Assembly: GCA_965223545.1 (NCBI GenBank)
Contig: OZ245006.1
Span: 4,832,001 to 4,896,000, forward strand
Reading direction: 5' to 3'
Length of the DNA stretch: 64,000 nucleotides
Source: Planctomycetota bacterium
GTDB lineage: Bacteria; Planctomycetota; UBA1135; UBA2386
Part shown: positions 63,771 through 64,000 of the stretch, one piece after another
Numbering within the stretch: position 1 is the stretch's first letter
How the letters are laid out: the number at the start of each line of letters is the position of its first letter
Program-made: the position numbers and the translations under genes
The notes under the pieces: model-generated
Seen by the model: only the letters and a program-made list of their open reading frames with translations
The model's database searches: none
Told to the model about the DNA's origin: nothing

Positions 63771-64000
63771 TGAGACCGACGATCCCGATCACGTGTTTCG
63801 TGTTGGCGGCCGCCACGGGCGGAGCGCAGACACCGTTTTCGCAAGGGCCAGCGGCGGGAGTTGCGGTGGCGTTCTCGGTGACTGGCACGGCAACCGGAGT
63901 CGAGCAGATCCAAGTGCGGCGCACCGGTTTCGACCGTACGCCGCGCCCTTGGGCACCGCGGCCGGGCCGTCCCGACTTCCGCTACCGCCCGCTGTTCGAG
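63770..64000 (+). CDS. Secreted hypothetical protein, N-terminal part (runs off window)
   Basis: ATG overlaps the kinase TGA; MRPTIPITCFVLAAATGGAQ signal peptide; frame open to the window end. Confidence 0.65.
   Translation, partial: MRPTIPITCFVLAAATGGAQTPFSQGPAAGVAVAFSVTGTATGVEQIQVRRTGFDRTPRPWAPRPGRPDFRYRPLFE

Overview
Very GC-rich bacterial window with about 50 CDSs. The gene content (many secreted beta-propeller/beta-helix proteins, DUF1080, sulfatase, Tat-exported Gfo/Idh/MocA, TPR Ser/Thr kinase) suggests a Planctomycetota-like genome; this is inference. No rRNA, tRNA or CRISPR array was seen. Highlights: (1) an intact IS110 element inserted at the apex of a ~130-bp palindromic repeat, with a CAGG core at both junctions and a 5' non-coding region carrying a 9-nt match to its own target flank (candidate bridge RNA); (2) a secreted PD40 propeller protein ending in Gly-Gly plus a 66-aa, 8-Cys, strongly cationic peptide with mirror-symmetric Cys spacing; (3) a shared ~110-130 aa terminal domain on at least 8 unrelated secreted proteins (possible sorting/anchoring domain); (4) a 3 x ~198 bp array of alternating hairpin modules; (5) a zone of gene fragments (38.1-42.0 kb) containing two inverted IS91-family remnants; (6) a stand-alone DUF4011-helicase-nuclease-DUF3320 (Hhe-like) defence gene, a glucuronokinase-like kinase plus nucleotidyltransferase pair, a VLRF1 release-factor homologue and a possible lysyl-oxidase-like domain. 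Several single-base frameshifts may be sequencing errors. All product calls come from motif recognition by eye, not from database searches.
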